Shown here piece by piece: positions 1 to 13,049 of a DNA stretch of 64,000 nt. Made by a program: the position numbers and the translations under genes. Origin of the DNA: Octopus sinensis (Eukaryota); assembly GCF_006345805.1 (NCBI RefSeq), contig NW_021831847.1, forward strand, positions 186,001 through 250,000, written 5' to 3'. The stretch's first letter is position 1. Every line of letters starts with the position of its first letter. The notes beneath the pieces are model-generated. The model made no database searches, was not told the DNA's origin, and saw only the letters and a list, made by a program, of their open reading frames with translations.

Positions 1-599
1 TGACGGGATGAAACTTTCTTTGACGAGTTTATTTGTCTAATTGATCGATTTGAAATATTTGATCAACGTGGTGATTGAGCTGGGAATTGAGCTGTCTATT
101 TAGACTGTTAATTTATATGTTGTGTCATACCATATATATCTTTGTGATGAAGTACCAATCAACTGACAAAGCATCTCAACGTTCAATTTTAAATCTTACA
201 AAAATAATCATAGTCAATTCGTATGTGAATGTTTTAGTGAAGGAATCGAAGGTCTGTTTGTCTGAAGGACTCTACCTTTATTAAGAGTCGAGTTTTATTA
301 GAATTCTTTTCAAGAAATACGGCGTTGACAAAAAGATGGCTGTCCTTGTAAGAGGGAAGGAAAACTTTCTCGTGGTTACAGAATTTATTCGTTTTTAAAT
401 GAATAAAAGCAGAAAAGATTGAATAACCAAATTTTTTATCGAGGGGTGTATTTCCATTGGTAATTCTTTGATAAATCATTATAATACGTTAGTAAACGGC
501 CGTGTATCATTTTGTCAAACATGCGCCACACGTCACTCATTCTATATTATGATCACTTTCACAAACATGTGCACTAGCCAAAAAGACAATATCAGTTAT

Positions 600-1170
600 T
601 AGTTTTTCCCGTCTTTAGATTTCTTCTCACCCGATGTAGGTCTTTTTTAAGGCAGTCGGAAGTGTTGATCTAGGTCGTCCGCGGAAGGGTTTGTGCAACC
701 GTCAAAGCAATTTTCATCGTTTGTTAGGGGGTACGTCCGGGTTCATTCTTAGTACACGTTTAAACAGCTTTTATCGGCCATCTACTACATTCCCGCTGAT
801 ATAACTCACTTGTTGTAGATACCAGGGGTTTACATTCTTCATGGCTTCTTAGTCGTCCAGTTTCAATAGTTTGTTGGAGGAATTTCAACAGTAGGATCGA
901 TTTCACAAAAACATTGTAAAGCCTGCATTTGAAGTCAATTACGAGTCCTTTGTCTCTTAGCAATCATTTCTTTAGTGTCTCCATTTCCGCGGTTGCCAAT
1001 GTTTCCTTCCTTAGTACATCTTCAGTGTCTCTTTGTTGAGAGCCATGCTTAAAATAGAGTTTTTTTATTCAGTGCCACGTCGTCTTGTTGCAAGCTGAAT
1101 GTGTGAAGGCCGTGTTGCACAGGAAGAGGCTATTTGGCTTGCAGAAGTTCACTTTTTTATTCAGATACTT
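600..1170 (-). mobile_element. RTE-like non-LTR retrotransposon remnant, internally deleted
   Basis: Minus-strand translation gives an APE-type motif (FCKPNSLFLCNTAFTHSACNKTTW, ~1090-1160), a post-RT segment (KCRLYNVFVKSILL, ORF 760-963) and a C-terminal RGRPRSTLPTALKKD motif (~645-690). The RT core is missing. Confidence 0.65.
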
Positions 1171-1839
1171 CACTATGAAAGAGAACTAGTTTGTGTTATA
1201 AGCTGAAATATAGACTTTATCTTTTCGAAATATTTATATTACTGATAACTTTTCTTTCGAATTTGAATAATGTATTATGGGCTTTATGGTACTCACTTAT
1301 TATAAAGTTATTAAATAAAATGTTTTATTGGGAATTGAAAGAGAATTGATTTAATAAAAACCTTTTTCCTCTTTTGGATTAGCCAAACAAACGGTACTGT
1401 CCGTTGAAATGACACTGACATTATATAACAATTATATCACATAATAATAAGATTTTTCTATGTATTACACAATAATCTATATATAAACTAGAAGTTTGTG
1501 AAATAATATAATATGTATATTTGATATTTTTTTATTCACATTTTATATGACTCTAAAACAGTACTTCTACAAAATACACAACATTCTTTTCAAAGATTAA
1601 AAAGATATTTTATATTCACACTCTCAAACATACAGAGAATATATCACGATAAATACATACAAAACATATTAATGATGTTCGTTCAATATTACATAATATA
1701 CTGAAACTCCATGAAAGGAAAAAGTAGCTAACTAAACAAATTAAATCAAGAAATAAAAAATATTACCATTAATAATAAAGAACAAATTGAAACATCACCA
1801 AAAACCAATTGGAAAATTAACTAAAACAAAATCTTCATT

Positions 1840-2200
1840 TTATTTCACCATTTTTGCAGTCTCCATTGCCCTTGATCACTATTAACCAACCAAGGTCAGC
1901 CTCACACAGCTGTTCTGCATAAATTCGAATAATTTGGAGGCCATCCACTCAATTTATGGATCCTCCCTGATTGTCTAATAGACACCACTACACGTGAGTA
2001 CTCTATCAATGACTGACAAGCCAATACGAATGTAATTTGACGTTATTTGCAAGTAAATTGGCACCCCCGCCCTGTTCTCTGCCCAGATTGTAATCGCATT
2101 TTTACAACCAGTACATTATTCTTCAAGTCCTTAAAAACTGTGACCAAAAAGTCACCTGGACGATTTAATTGATAGAATCCCTCCTGACAACAACATCCTC
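1840..2200 (-). pseudogene. Possible degraded exon(s) of an invertebrate extracellular domain
   Basis: The segment is GC-richer than its flanks. One frame reads IRIYAEQLCEADLGWLIVIKGNGDC, resembling a recalled CxxDxGWLVV motif. All frames contain stops. Confidence 0.2.
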
Positions 2201-2709
2201 ACAACGAGATATCTCATTCCCTGTGTTCACGTCTATTTAATTACTTTTTGTGTGCCGTATTCCTTTCGTTTGAGGATCATTCCCTTATTAAGACGAGGAA
2301 AAGACACTTTAATGACTTATATAACTGACTGTAGTAAAACCGATGGCTGCAAAAGATACTCCGCAAATTATGCCAAATTCAAAAAAACTTTGATTATTTT
2401 TGAAAAAAGTAAATTTTTTGTTTGTTTCTCTGTAATTTGTATAAATTATTACCATAACAAACAGTTTGGGAAAAAATGCATTTTGATGAGAATCCCGAGC
2501 ATAAATTCTTTTCTCATTGATGTTCAATAATTGAGTAATTGGTTTAGATTCGTCAACAAAAAGTCCAAATCAAACCTATTTTTACTAATAAAGATAACTC
2601 TGTTTTGGTTTTTTTGAATTTCCAGAATTTCAGTCGGCATTCCTTAACAGATATAAGACAGATATAAGATTATTCTAACAGATATAAAATTTTTTCAACA
2701 AAAAAACAA

Positions 2710-2738
2710 GGGGTGTAATATTTTTGGACCATGCTGTA
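2710..2738. mobile_element. Solo Tc1-like terminus
   Basis: GGGGTGTAATATTTTTGGACCATGCTG|TA, whose reverse complement begins CAGCATGGTCCAAAAATATT after a TA. No partner end was found. Confidence 0.3.
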
Positions 2739-2875
2739 TATGTGATAACTCAGAAGTGATCGAACTTGTTTTGTAGTCAATAATGAGCTAAGAGTAGTAC
2801 TTTCCTCAAAAACTGTGTGTCAAAATGGGAAAAAATTTACCTCAGAAACTTTTTTGTGTTAAAAATTGTTCTCTT

Positions 2876-3868
2876 AAGACAAGACAAGACAAGTTTTATT
2901 TCCCAACAAACCCATAAATTAAAGTTAGGAAGAAAGCCAAGAGCAGAACAAGAAACTAATTAAAGTGGGTTTGATTTCATTGTATAGGGTCATTTTATGA
3001 GACACCACATGTCTCTTCTTCGCATATACCCTAAAGAATTACATCATAATTTCCATAAGTGACGTAACAAATCTTCTATCTTTCTGACTTTAGCGTCATA
3101 AGCCTCTTCGATTTTTGAATTTAAGCTCAATCCAAATGCCAATTTAATAGCAAATCTTCTGGTCTTTTCCAACTTTTTCACAAAAATGCTACTTTCTTCG
3201 GACCTATACCATCCTTGATAGCCATATATCAAGAATGGCTCAATACATGTAGAATACACAAAAAGGAAAGTTTCAGGCTCCAAATGCAATCGAGTTAAGG
3301 ATTTCAACATTCCTGTAGCTTTCTCTCTTCGTGTTTTGATATGATCCTTAAAAGATCCTCTTCGATCTATCGATACTCCGAGATACTCCAATTTTCCAGA
3401 GTTTTTTATATCTCCTGTATTTACATATTCATTGATATTTTTTCTTTTACTTGCAATCCATGTGACTGTTGATTTTTCTCTTGACAGAGTCAACCCATTG
3501 TTTTGGCACCACCTCCCAATGTTTTTTATATGGGTTTCTACCCTTTTCCACGAAATTTGTTTACTTATGCTTGAATCAAGCACAAGAATGTCATCAGCAT
3601 AAATAATCATACGACTATTTATGCTCTCAGTTTTTGGTAACTCACTCATTACACAATTGAAGAGTAGCGGGCTGAGAATTGATCCCTGCGGAACCCCTCT
3701 TCGTAATTCAATTTTCTTAGAAATTAAATTTCCAACACGTATATACGACCTCCTTCTTGAAAGAAAGTTTTCTATCCATAATAATGCGGTTCTCCCAATT
3801 CCTGCTTTTGATAACGTATCAAGAAGTCCGTAGTGCCAAACACTGTCAAAGGCCTTCGTTATATCCAA
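2876..3868 (-). mobile_element. 5'-truncated LINE (RT domain plus 3' tail)
   Basis: ORF 3044-3868 has DITKAFDSVWH, GVPQGSILSPLLF, YADD and YLGV RT motifs. The 3' end is AATAAAA followed by (CTTGT)3 at 2876-2900. Confidence 0.9.
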
Positions 3869-4479
3869 TTTTCTAAGGGAGGAGTGTAAAAACAGGTTGG
3901 GAACCTCTGGTTTTCTAACCTTTAATTTGTCGCTTCCCGAAGGGCCTCTTACTTCAGATAATTATCTATGCATTTAAAATTTCTATTTTACCCAAAGTCT
4001 GAAATAATTTTCCGATGGGGAAATTTAGCTAACAAGAATAAATTATTTCGACGCGTGATTAACTGAATGCGATCGAAACAAGCAATCATGCCATCTAAAC
4101 CTTTAATTTATTTTATAACTGTTTTCAGGATAAAATAAAATGATTTATGGAATTTTTGGGTGGTCCTTCCAAAAACCTGGTCCGCTTAAAAACCGATGAC
4201 ATTAAAAATGTTAAATAAGAATTATCCAAAAGAAAATAAATTGATTTTCAGTTTTCTTGAATATTTAGTCTATTTGTTATAAATCAGTTATCAATTATTA
4301 AATCCGTAGAAAATGCCATATTTTAAACAATCTTAAGGATTGTTAGATAGTCCCAACATTGAGTTTAGGTGTTTTCCAAAAACTTTGCAATGCAGCCACG
4401 TCACAAGCTCGACCAAAGTGCGTTAATAATAATAAGAATTGTTAGCAGATCCATCCTTTATATTGAAATATATCCGATC

Positions 4480-4700
4480 AGCGATGATGATCAATACTAC
4501 AAGAGGATGAATAGAAAAATAAACGTGGATTGTAGTAAATACAATTATCCTATAAAAGATACAGTTGTAAATTAATTTGTAATATTATTAAGGTTCGTAT
4601 TGAAAAGAATTACGGGATGAATTCGAATCTAGGTATTCCGATACGTGCAAAAGAGTTACAACTTTGTCTAATAATTAAAGGCACGTTTAAAAATAGTAAC
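4480..4700 (+). mobile_element. Ginger/Gypsy-type integrase C-terminal remnant
   Basis: QYYKRMNRKINVDCSKYNYPIKDTV resembles SYYKRLNTKMGVHVSKYELNIGDRV in the 8.5-kb remnant. Confidence 0.35.
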
Positions 4701-5459
4701 ATTGTTTCCGATTCTTATTAATTTCATCTTTTTGAAATTGTTTTAGAACTTGTGTTGAATTTTCCCATTAGGATATTTAAACCAAGAAAAGTTCCCCGAA
4801 CAGAGACATCAACTTTCTTGATCCTCTTGCTATTCGTTTTTTGTCACCTCATTCGTGTCATCATGTCTTCTCTTGTTTGAATTAACTCCGCTTTGATAAG
4901 TGTTCCATACTGCATAATTTGTGTTGAGAATCAATGCTTTAGTCATTACGTCTTCGAAACCATGTTTATATTATACGAGCATAATTTTTAACGTCTTCTT
5001 TTATGCAATTATTTGGATGTACGCCAGAACATTGTTTTAAATGTTAATCAATTCAATATATTAAAATACTTAGTATTAAAAATCGGATCATTTTATAAAA
5101 CAAAATATCAATGACTAAAACATAGCAAATTAAAATATTCTATTTAAGTAATTAGTCTGTTAATGAAATTAAACACAAATTTGGCAAAATGGCGGCATTG
5201 AAATAATTATAAACGCGCAGAAGACGTAAAAATTATTTCATTTTTAATAATCAACAAATATGTAAGTCTATTTTGTAATGCTCAATTTCTTTCGGACCGT
5301 AGCCAGAAATAAGAGTGAAAGAACCGTGAATACTTTTCCACGTGAAGAGAGTCATGAAAATTTTGCTGAGATTTTTAAAACAGAAATGACATGTTCCATA
5401 TGCATTGATATTTTTGTGGAGATTTATTATTTTTTTAATTTTTATTTATTTAGGCAATA

Positions 5460-6250
5460 ACATTTTCATGCAGACACACATTTTGTCGACAATATATTCT
5501 AACATGGGTTTCATATGACAATAAATCGTGTCCCCTTTGCAGAAATTTAATCAAGGCATATTGCTATTCATCAGTAGTGCATAATTATATTATTCTGGTC
5601 GCTGAATTGATAGGCGGTAGTTTTAAAGAAGAATATTATGAAACAATTTGCTCAAAAATTTGCAAGCGGTAAAAATATCAATTTTTAGTATATACTCGAT
5701 CACTAAGCGTTCCCGACCCTGTAATCAACCTTAACAGGAGAATTTCTTGAAGATATTTCTGATTTTTGTTATTATCAAAATATTAAATTTGCTTTTTTAC
5801 AATTATAAACTATTATTTATGAATATATATTGATATTATATGTGATCGGCACATTTAAAAAACTAGACAAAAATGAAATAAACGCATTATTAGCATTTGA
5901 TGGAACTGACCCAGAAAAAGAAATAAATTACGAAAAAAATGAATGCTCAAAAATGACCAGCAAAATATAAAGATTCTGGAAAGTCTTCAAAAAGCAGGTG
6001 AAAAATGAAGGAAAAAAGAATATGTCAATATGATGAGGAAAATATAAACGTGGGAGATAAAATGATTATTAGACATGATTATGATGAAAATGTTTTAAAC
6101 AGAAAATATTTTTTGTATGATGAAATAAAAACGAATATGTATACAGTGATTAATCAAGAATTACATAATTATGATCTAAAAGATATGGAAAAAAATGTAA
6201 TCAAAAATTTGAATGTCTCAATACTTGCTAAAATTTTGAAATAAATAGTT
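5460..6250 (+). mobile_element. Degenerate integrase-like remnant (Ginger2/TDD-like)
   Basis: Fragmentary core-like (QADTHF, GGSFKEEYY) and C-terminal (INVGDKMIIRHDYDENVLNRK) motifs with many stops and frameshifts. Confidence 0.3.
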
Positions 6251-8199
6251 GAAACTTTTAATGTTTTGCATTGTGTCGCATACGGGGTTTTTTAATTAAG
6301 TTTCAATAAAACTGTTATTTAGAGTTGCTCTTAACACTAGAAATTGTAATCAGAAAGTATTACAAATCGTATTAATCATAAAATCCGAGTCAAATATACT
6401 AATAATAGATGTAATCAAAAAATGTTATTATTTTAAAATGGAAAATTGATTATTTTAAAATGAAAACAATATAATAATTAATCAATATTTATCAAAAATG
6501 AGGTTAGGTTTGTTTTGTTGTCTTTCTTAGTTTTCCAGAAGTCATATAACTAATAATAAAACTAGATAGTATACTTGTTTCTTAGATATTTATAATGGAT
6601 TTATCTTAACAAATATGACATCAAAAAATGTATTAAAATAATTAATTCTGTTCATATAAATCTCTTAACGACCTGCATAAAGAAATGGAACAAATTCGAA
6701 GCGAAATTAGTTGTTATATAAAAGATAAAAATGACATGGAAAACAGTTTTGAACAAAATTTAAGAAAATATATTCCTGCTAGCAAAAAAATTAATATCTT
6801 TTTCAATCAAAAAACTGACTGTAACATTCAATTAATGGAAAATCTAACAAAAAAATGACTATCATAATCTGCTGGCAAATTAGTGAAGACAATAGTTAAA
6901 GGTTAGATGCTAGCTAGGTTGAGTGAAACTATGCTTTTTGGATTCATATCCGATTAAAAAATTCAATTGGTTATTACAAAATCGAGTTTTTCAATTCTTC
7001 AGGGCAAAATATGAAAGATAACACATTCTGCAACTATTGGAGGATATTTTTGATATAAATACTCATGGATAACAATGATGACCTTAAAACAACTTTTGTA
7101 TTAAATCAAAAATGAAAAATTCTTTCATCTCAGTCAAGATAAAAAATATTTTTTAATATACAGAATATGAAGAGCCTTTTTACAATAAATTAAAAAAACT
7201 TTAGATCATTGAGAAATAAAACATGAAAAAATGATACGCGGGGATTATGTGAGAAGAGGTAATGAAACGGAGAGCTGCACCCACTTCTATCTGTAAAAGT
7301 ATTTGGTCTCAAGAATCAAATAAATTAACAAGTGTTATCAAACAGTCAGTCAAAATACGAGTTGCTAAAATTAGGTAAAACAAAAGGAATACGAGTCCTA
7401 TATATGGGCCATCTCATATCATCTCAAAATAAGGAATCATTTCACATAGTCATAAAATGTGAGATTTACTATAAAATGAGAAAATAAAAATTCCAGATCT
7501 CCACATGTAAAAAACCAATCGACCTTATTTTTCAGAAAACCGTCTCACGTTATGTGTGTGCAGCTAATCGACCTGATTTTTAGGAAAACCGTCCCCGTAA
7601 ATTCTCGTTAAAATTTTTTATTGAAAAGATAAATTAAAAAAAAACATTTTGGTGTAGATGCTAAAATTTCCGATAAGTGTATCTTTAATTCCTTCATGTC
7701 TTTGGCCTATTTTTTGATAATTGCGATTTTATCACAACCAAAATATGTTCTATAGGGCGTTAATCAGGATATTAGCTCCATTTTCGGGCGAATTTTACTA
7801 CGTTGTTTGCTAATTAATATAATCGATGCTATTTATTTTTTCCTTTAATAAAACAAGATTCCCTACATCTTCATAATAGAAACATCCCAAAATAATAAAT
7901 CTTCCTTCTCTGTTGGCAATATATTGCATTTTTAAAAATCATGTCCATTTTTACGATAAATAACATGAAGTTTTTTATTGTTAGAGACATCAAAAATTGA
8001 TCCGAAAATAACTGTTTTTTGCTTTTCAAATCTTCAGGGCAAAATATGAGAGATCAGTTATGAAAAAATTTGATTAGCATTAAAGATTATTTTGTTATCC
8101 ACCTGTCATCTACCTGTCAGTCTAATTGATGAATAGTTTGTAAAAAAACACCATCTTTTTTTTAAATTTGGATTATTTTTGACATTATTCGCACTATAT

Positions 8200-8745
8200 C
8201 TTAAAGATGTAAACGGTCTACAAAAGCTCGTAATTGCTTCCACGAACTTAGAAGAGTTAAAAACAATAGCACGTGCAATTCATAAAGCCAATCATTGTTG
8301 ACATAATGCTTTGGAACCCTTATGTCGGCAAAGATTTTTTATTGAGAAGAGAGATTATTCGCCAAGTTGCTAAAGAATGCAAATTTTTAATTTCACTAAA
8401 ACAATATGATGATTCAACAAAAATAAATTTGAATTCAACTTCCTAAAAGTGAACTTGGATTCTTCGTATTATAAGAGATTGAACACGAAGATGGGAGTGC
8501 ATGTGTCAAAATATGAATTAAACATTGGAGACAGAGTATTTATTTTATAATTACTTAAAAGGTTCGCATTCGAAAGGATTATGGGAAGAATCCTTCCTTG
8601 AGATTAACCAGGTTTGAACAACCATACGAGGATAAAGTCATTATTGTTGCAAAATTATCTAACAATTTTGTCAATGTGGAAAATAGTGATGGATCAGTAA
8701 TAAAAGTACATTCAAAACGACTCAAGAATTTAGATATCAGTTAGA
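8200..8745 (+). mobile_element. Ginger2/TDD-like integrase remnant (HHCC zinc finger joined to C-terminal domain, core deleted)
   Basis: IHKANHC*HNALEPLCRQRFF..RREIIRQVAKEC resembles the HHCC finger. FEQPYEDKVIIVAKLSNNFVNVENSDGSVIKVHSKRLKNL resembles the integrase C-terminal domain. Confidence 0.6.
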
Positions 8746-9267
8746 AATAATAATTGTTATTGATCTATTAATAAAACAAGTTAATTTGACATTGAGTGAA
8801 TTTGATTAGTCGCGCGTTGCGCTCGTTGTGGGCTCGACTCACGACATATTAGTATACAAAATAGATAATCAAGAAAATTTCAAATGTTGTTGCTGCTGTC
8901 GGTATGTGCATGTACAACTTGTGCGAAACGAAAATGTTTCAGAAAAATAACTTTTCGTCTGGAATAGTGGTTATTCCATGTACAGGCACTCTAAAAACCT
9001 TTAATCCTCAAAGAATCGTGAAGATTTAACGTCAAAATTGGGGTCTTCAAAAGGTAAAATAAACAGTGCCACTCTTTAATTTTATCTTAACATTTATTTT
9101 CCGAACATCTTTTCTCTCCTTCTCAGTTTTGTGCCCTACGAATATAAAAAATTTGACATTCTCTTTATCGACGGGGGGAAAAGCATTTTCTACACCAGTA
9201 TTTTGACGCGTTTGTCACAAAATGTGCTTGCAGATAGAATAACTAATACAAATTTTATCGAAATAAT

Positions 9268-10466
9268 TCATTTAAAGAGTTTATAGTAAGCAAATGAAAA
9301 GTGATAATCGTCGAGGATAGCACGGTGGGCATCACGTCGCCTGTATTCGATAACATCCGTGGGCTCAGTAAGCGTGTTCCCAAACCACGCCTCATTCCAA
9401 AGAATCTGATGATAATCAGAATCCTTATTAGCATTGGAATGAACATTTTGAGAAAAATATGTGATGATGAATTTTTCAGGACGGAGGGAATTGACAATTC
9501 GAAAAACGAGATCCGAGATGTGCTAAGCCCTAAATAAGTACAGTCAACGTGAGTGACGTTTGTTTCAAAACTTGCATACGAAAACTCTCTCTGGGGTGTG
9601 ACATGCATTGAAAAATAATTGCTCTAAGTATTTGAATCGTTCACATTGCCTCGTCAATGATTCCGTTGCATGAATATCCGCAGGGTTTAAAGAAATGTTC
9701 ATCCAAGACAATCTCACAGTCCAAAAACATGTCCGTCTATAATCAAAATGTGCAAAATAAAGTACAGCGACTTGGTAGTTTCTAGCAATATCTTCATCGA
9801 GACCAACCATCAGAACCTGTGGCATAAACACAATGATTACTTCTAATGTGGTATCTTCTGGTCTGCAAGGTGATGTTTCAATGTTCCTATCCAAAGAATA
9901 CATGTACAAAAACCTGCACATTTTAAACAAAACAGAATACCAACACTCGTCGTTCATGTCTCCAAAAATATAAGCATTTCCACCACCAAACTCTTTTTTG
10001 AGTTGAATAACTTCTCGATCAAACGTTTTGTGGATGTCATCTTGTAATTGCGGCCTCGCCAGTTTCTTCCGGGAATAAAAAACTTTCTGCAAGTAAAGAC
10101 AGTTCCCATAACCTCAACAACGTCCAACCCTCCAAACAGTCGTGCAAAATTAAGAAATTGTGTAATCAAGTTGAAGAGAACAGTTGTTCCACACGTTTTA
10201 AGGATAATCCGTTCTTTCATAACAAATAAACTACTTTCACTGCAAATGAATGCACTGATCACCTAAGAATGTAAGAATCAATGTCCTTGAATCGTCGGAA
10301 ACTGAGAATCTTGCAATTTGCACTTGCAAGCATTTGTTCGATGTAGGATCTTCATATATAAACTCGAAATGAACCTCTCAATATTGCGCAAGTCGTGTTG
10401 AGTTTGCTCAGAGTCTTTGAACCATATTTCTAAAAGTTTCTCTGCTCCTTCAAAAAAGTCAGTCAT
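9268..10466 (-). CDS. AMD1: S-adenosylmethionine decarboxylase proenzyme, 8 predicted mini-introns
   Basis: Spliced product reads FFEGAEKLLEIWF..YILSESSLFV (autocleavage site E/SS)..LKTCGTT..FKPCGYSCNG..HVTPQREFSYASFETN..DYHFSFAYYKLFK*. Predicted introns are 23-29 nt, e.g. 10350-10374, 10240-10262, 10087-10112, 9624-9649. Confidence 0.95.
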
Positions 10467-10749
10467 CGAACACCTAACAAAAAATCCTCAGGTGCTGAAA
10501 CGTTTTAGAATTAATTTTAATAATATTTATAAATAGATAACTATTAAGTTTTAATGCACAAATAAAGGGATCCTAATCAGTAGATATTTAGAATGGACTG
10601 CCTTTGATCTACTTGATTTTACGTGTTTGAGTTAGCTTACTAAAAGTAAAATATCAGTAAAAGCATACAAACAATAAATTAAAGCACTTAAAAAATATAT
10701 TAAATCACTTTAAGACAGCTGCCTAGAAAAACTCAAATGATCAAAAAAT

Positions 10750-11760
10750 TCTATTTACATACCCCAGATGCCAGCGCCAATTCACATCAGATCGAGGTTC
10801 TAAACCTCATTACTTACAAAACTTTGACATTAAAGTCAAGCCATTAGTACGTGGATCTTCAAAGAAAGGGAACACATTGTAAAGATGATGCTATTATATA
10901 AATAGTCTTGTTTCAAATCAATCTAAGCACTTTTCAAACTGATCAAAAGTCGAAAATAGAGAAAGCTGCTGATGTAGAAGCTTCGACCTATTTCTAAATC
11001 TATATTATTGTAAGATTATTTGAGACTCATTCGCAGACTGGCATAAACTGTTAGAATCATACCAAGTGTATTGGGCATAGACATCCCAACCATCATAGGA
11101 GATGTTATAGCAAGTCCTGCTTTGAGTCGCCATTGCCAGTCGAAATCATGATCTTTCGTTCGTTCATCTCTAGCCGGAAGTAAAGAGAGCACATCTTGCT
11201 GATCATAAATAATCTGAAGATTATAGAAATCTTAGCATGCACCTATAGGATATCGAAAGTGATAAAGAAGTTGTTTCCTTCCATGTATGGGTATTAAGAC
11301 CAGCTCCGACGATATTATAGGCTTTCAAAGCTGATACTTCTTGCATTTCTATTTAAGATTATCGACTCCTTGCGTATTTTTATGTCCAAAAAGGTCAATA
11401 GTGGTACAAAAACTAAAGAAAAGTATGAGAATCTTTTTAATATTTAAAAATCCAACATAAACTCACCGGTGTAGTCATAAAGCATTAAATCGTCGGAGTA
11501 TCTTTCATAATGAACGCACTCAAAAAACGACTCTGGAGGATTGATTTTAATATAAATCGAACAAGTTGTTTTAACACTAACAAACGGCCAAAAAGCAATA
11601 ATACGACTCACGAAATAACTCCGTCCAGGTTGACGTGGACATTATGATAAGTAAGATCAAAGTATGATTTGGCTTCGAGTGCAAGCATGGTTTTGAAGAG
11701 GCGAGGTGGCATTAAAGCTTTTGGAGAAGTCTTAACCAAATGGATAGTAGAGTTTGACAT
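10750..11760 (-). mobile_element. Highly degenerate RT remnant, possibly Penelope-like
   Basis: Scattered motifs MLALEAKSYF, YERYSDDL and LTFLDIKI occur in RT order, with many stops. Confidence 0.3.
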
Positions 11761-13049
11761 GTAGAGAGCACTTAAATCCCATCCATCATGTGGGAGATTT
11801 TATCCGAGAGAAAACTAAGTAATTTTTTAATATTAGTTTGTTTTATAATTTTATTATATTGATAATATTATAAATAACGTATTCATAATAATGAAAATAA
11901 TTTATTTTCATTTTCTTGTTGTGACATATTTAATATGGGGATCACTGGGAATATTCGGGACAGTTCTAATATGGAAATACCACACAAACCAGACTCAACC
12001 GGGAATCCCCTACATCAGGTAACCCCTGGACATAATCCGAAAAGTGAAATCGCCAACCTCCGTCCTCAAAGCTCATATTTCTCCTTATTTTTTACAGTCT
12101 CCTTCCTCCACGCCTTTTTGATCCTTTTTATCCACTTGTGTGACAATCGACGGAAACTGACTTTGTCCAACAAAACACAAATCATCAACAACTCCACGTT
12201 TATCATTTCCATCATCACAATCATCGGATTTATCATTTCAGCCAATTTCCAGGTTTTTTGAGTAATGAGTTCCCCGGCAGATTCGTCCTCTCCAGACTCT
12301 GCATTTGTCTGGGGCAGTTGTTGGATTTATTGCAGACGTGACGGGCTTGTTTCTGCTTTCTGTGGTGTCTCACAGTCTGTACCCTCACTACAAGGAAGGG
12401 AGGACTGTGGCTGTGAGGTGGTTCCTCACTGTGTTGTCGTGGTTCTCGTTTGTTATATGTATAAACTGAGTTTGTGATTTTTATTTAGATATTTTGATAC
12501 TCTCGTTGGTGAAGACTGATGTCATGGACAAGGTCTTTTTGGATTGGAGTGCCTTCTGTGAGTGGACTGTGTTTGTGGGGACTTTTTTGTATATGGGGAC
12601 CTTCTACTGGGAGTTCAGACATTTGTGTTTGCAAGTTGATTGGGTTGGGAATAAGTCTATGTCATTTCAGGTCGAAGATGAGTCGAATCAATCAATTTGC
12701 GAAATATAAATTCTGTTATTTAATTTACACCGTTTTACTTTCAAATTAAAATAGGTCAAGTCATATTTAAAACAATTTTGAATTTTCTTCAAGTAGTTAT
12801 AATTAGTATTTGTCTATTTTTTTATTTATAGTTGTTTTATGTGTTGATAGTTACTAATAATAATATTTGTTGATAGAGCCCTCCAAGAAAGAATTGATTT
12901 TTTCCGATTTCGTAGCCTGAGATATAATTCGTTGTTTTAGTTTTACGTTAACTTTTCCTTTATAATATGGTTGTCGTGTAGTTTTTTTTACACTTCTTTT
13001 GACTGAAGATTCCATTTTTACAGAAGCAAGTTAAATAGTGAAATTGAAG

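Noticed and set aside
1-560. hAT/BED-like transposase remnant (MSDVWRMF.., LPSYK.., ALSVDW)
   Set aside because: The motif resemblance is too weak and spread across frames, and no terminus was seen.
10467-10560. Regulatory uORF upstream of AMD1, as known in mammals and plants
   Set aside because: No upstream ATG was found on the minus strand in the ~90 nt before the start codon. A more distant 5' exon cannot be excluded.
11935-12261. Plus-strand ORF as a small membrane protein
   Set aside because: The hydrophobic stretches follow from T-rich low-complexity composition, and there is no family motif.
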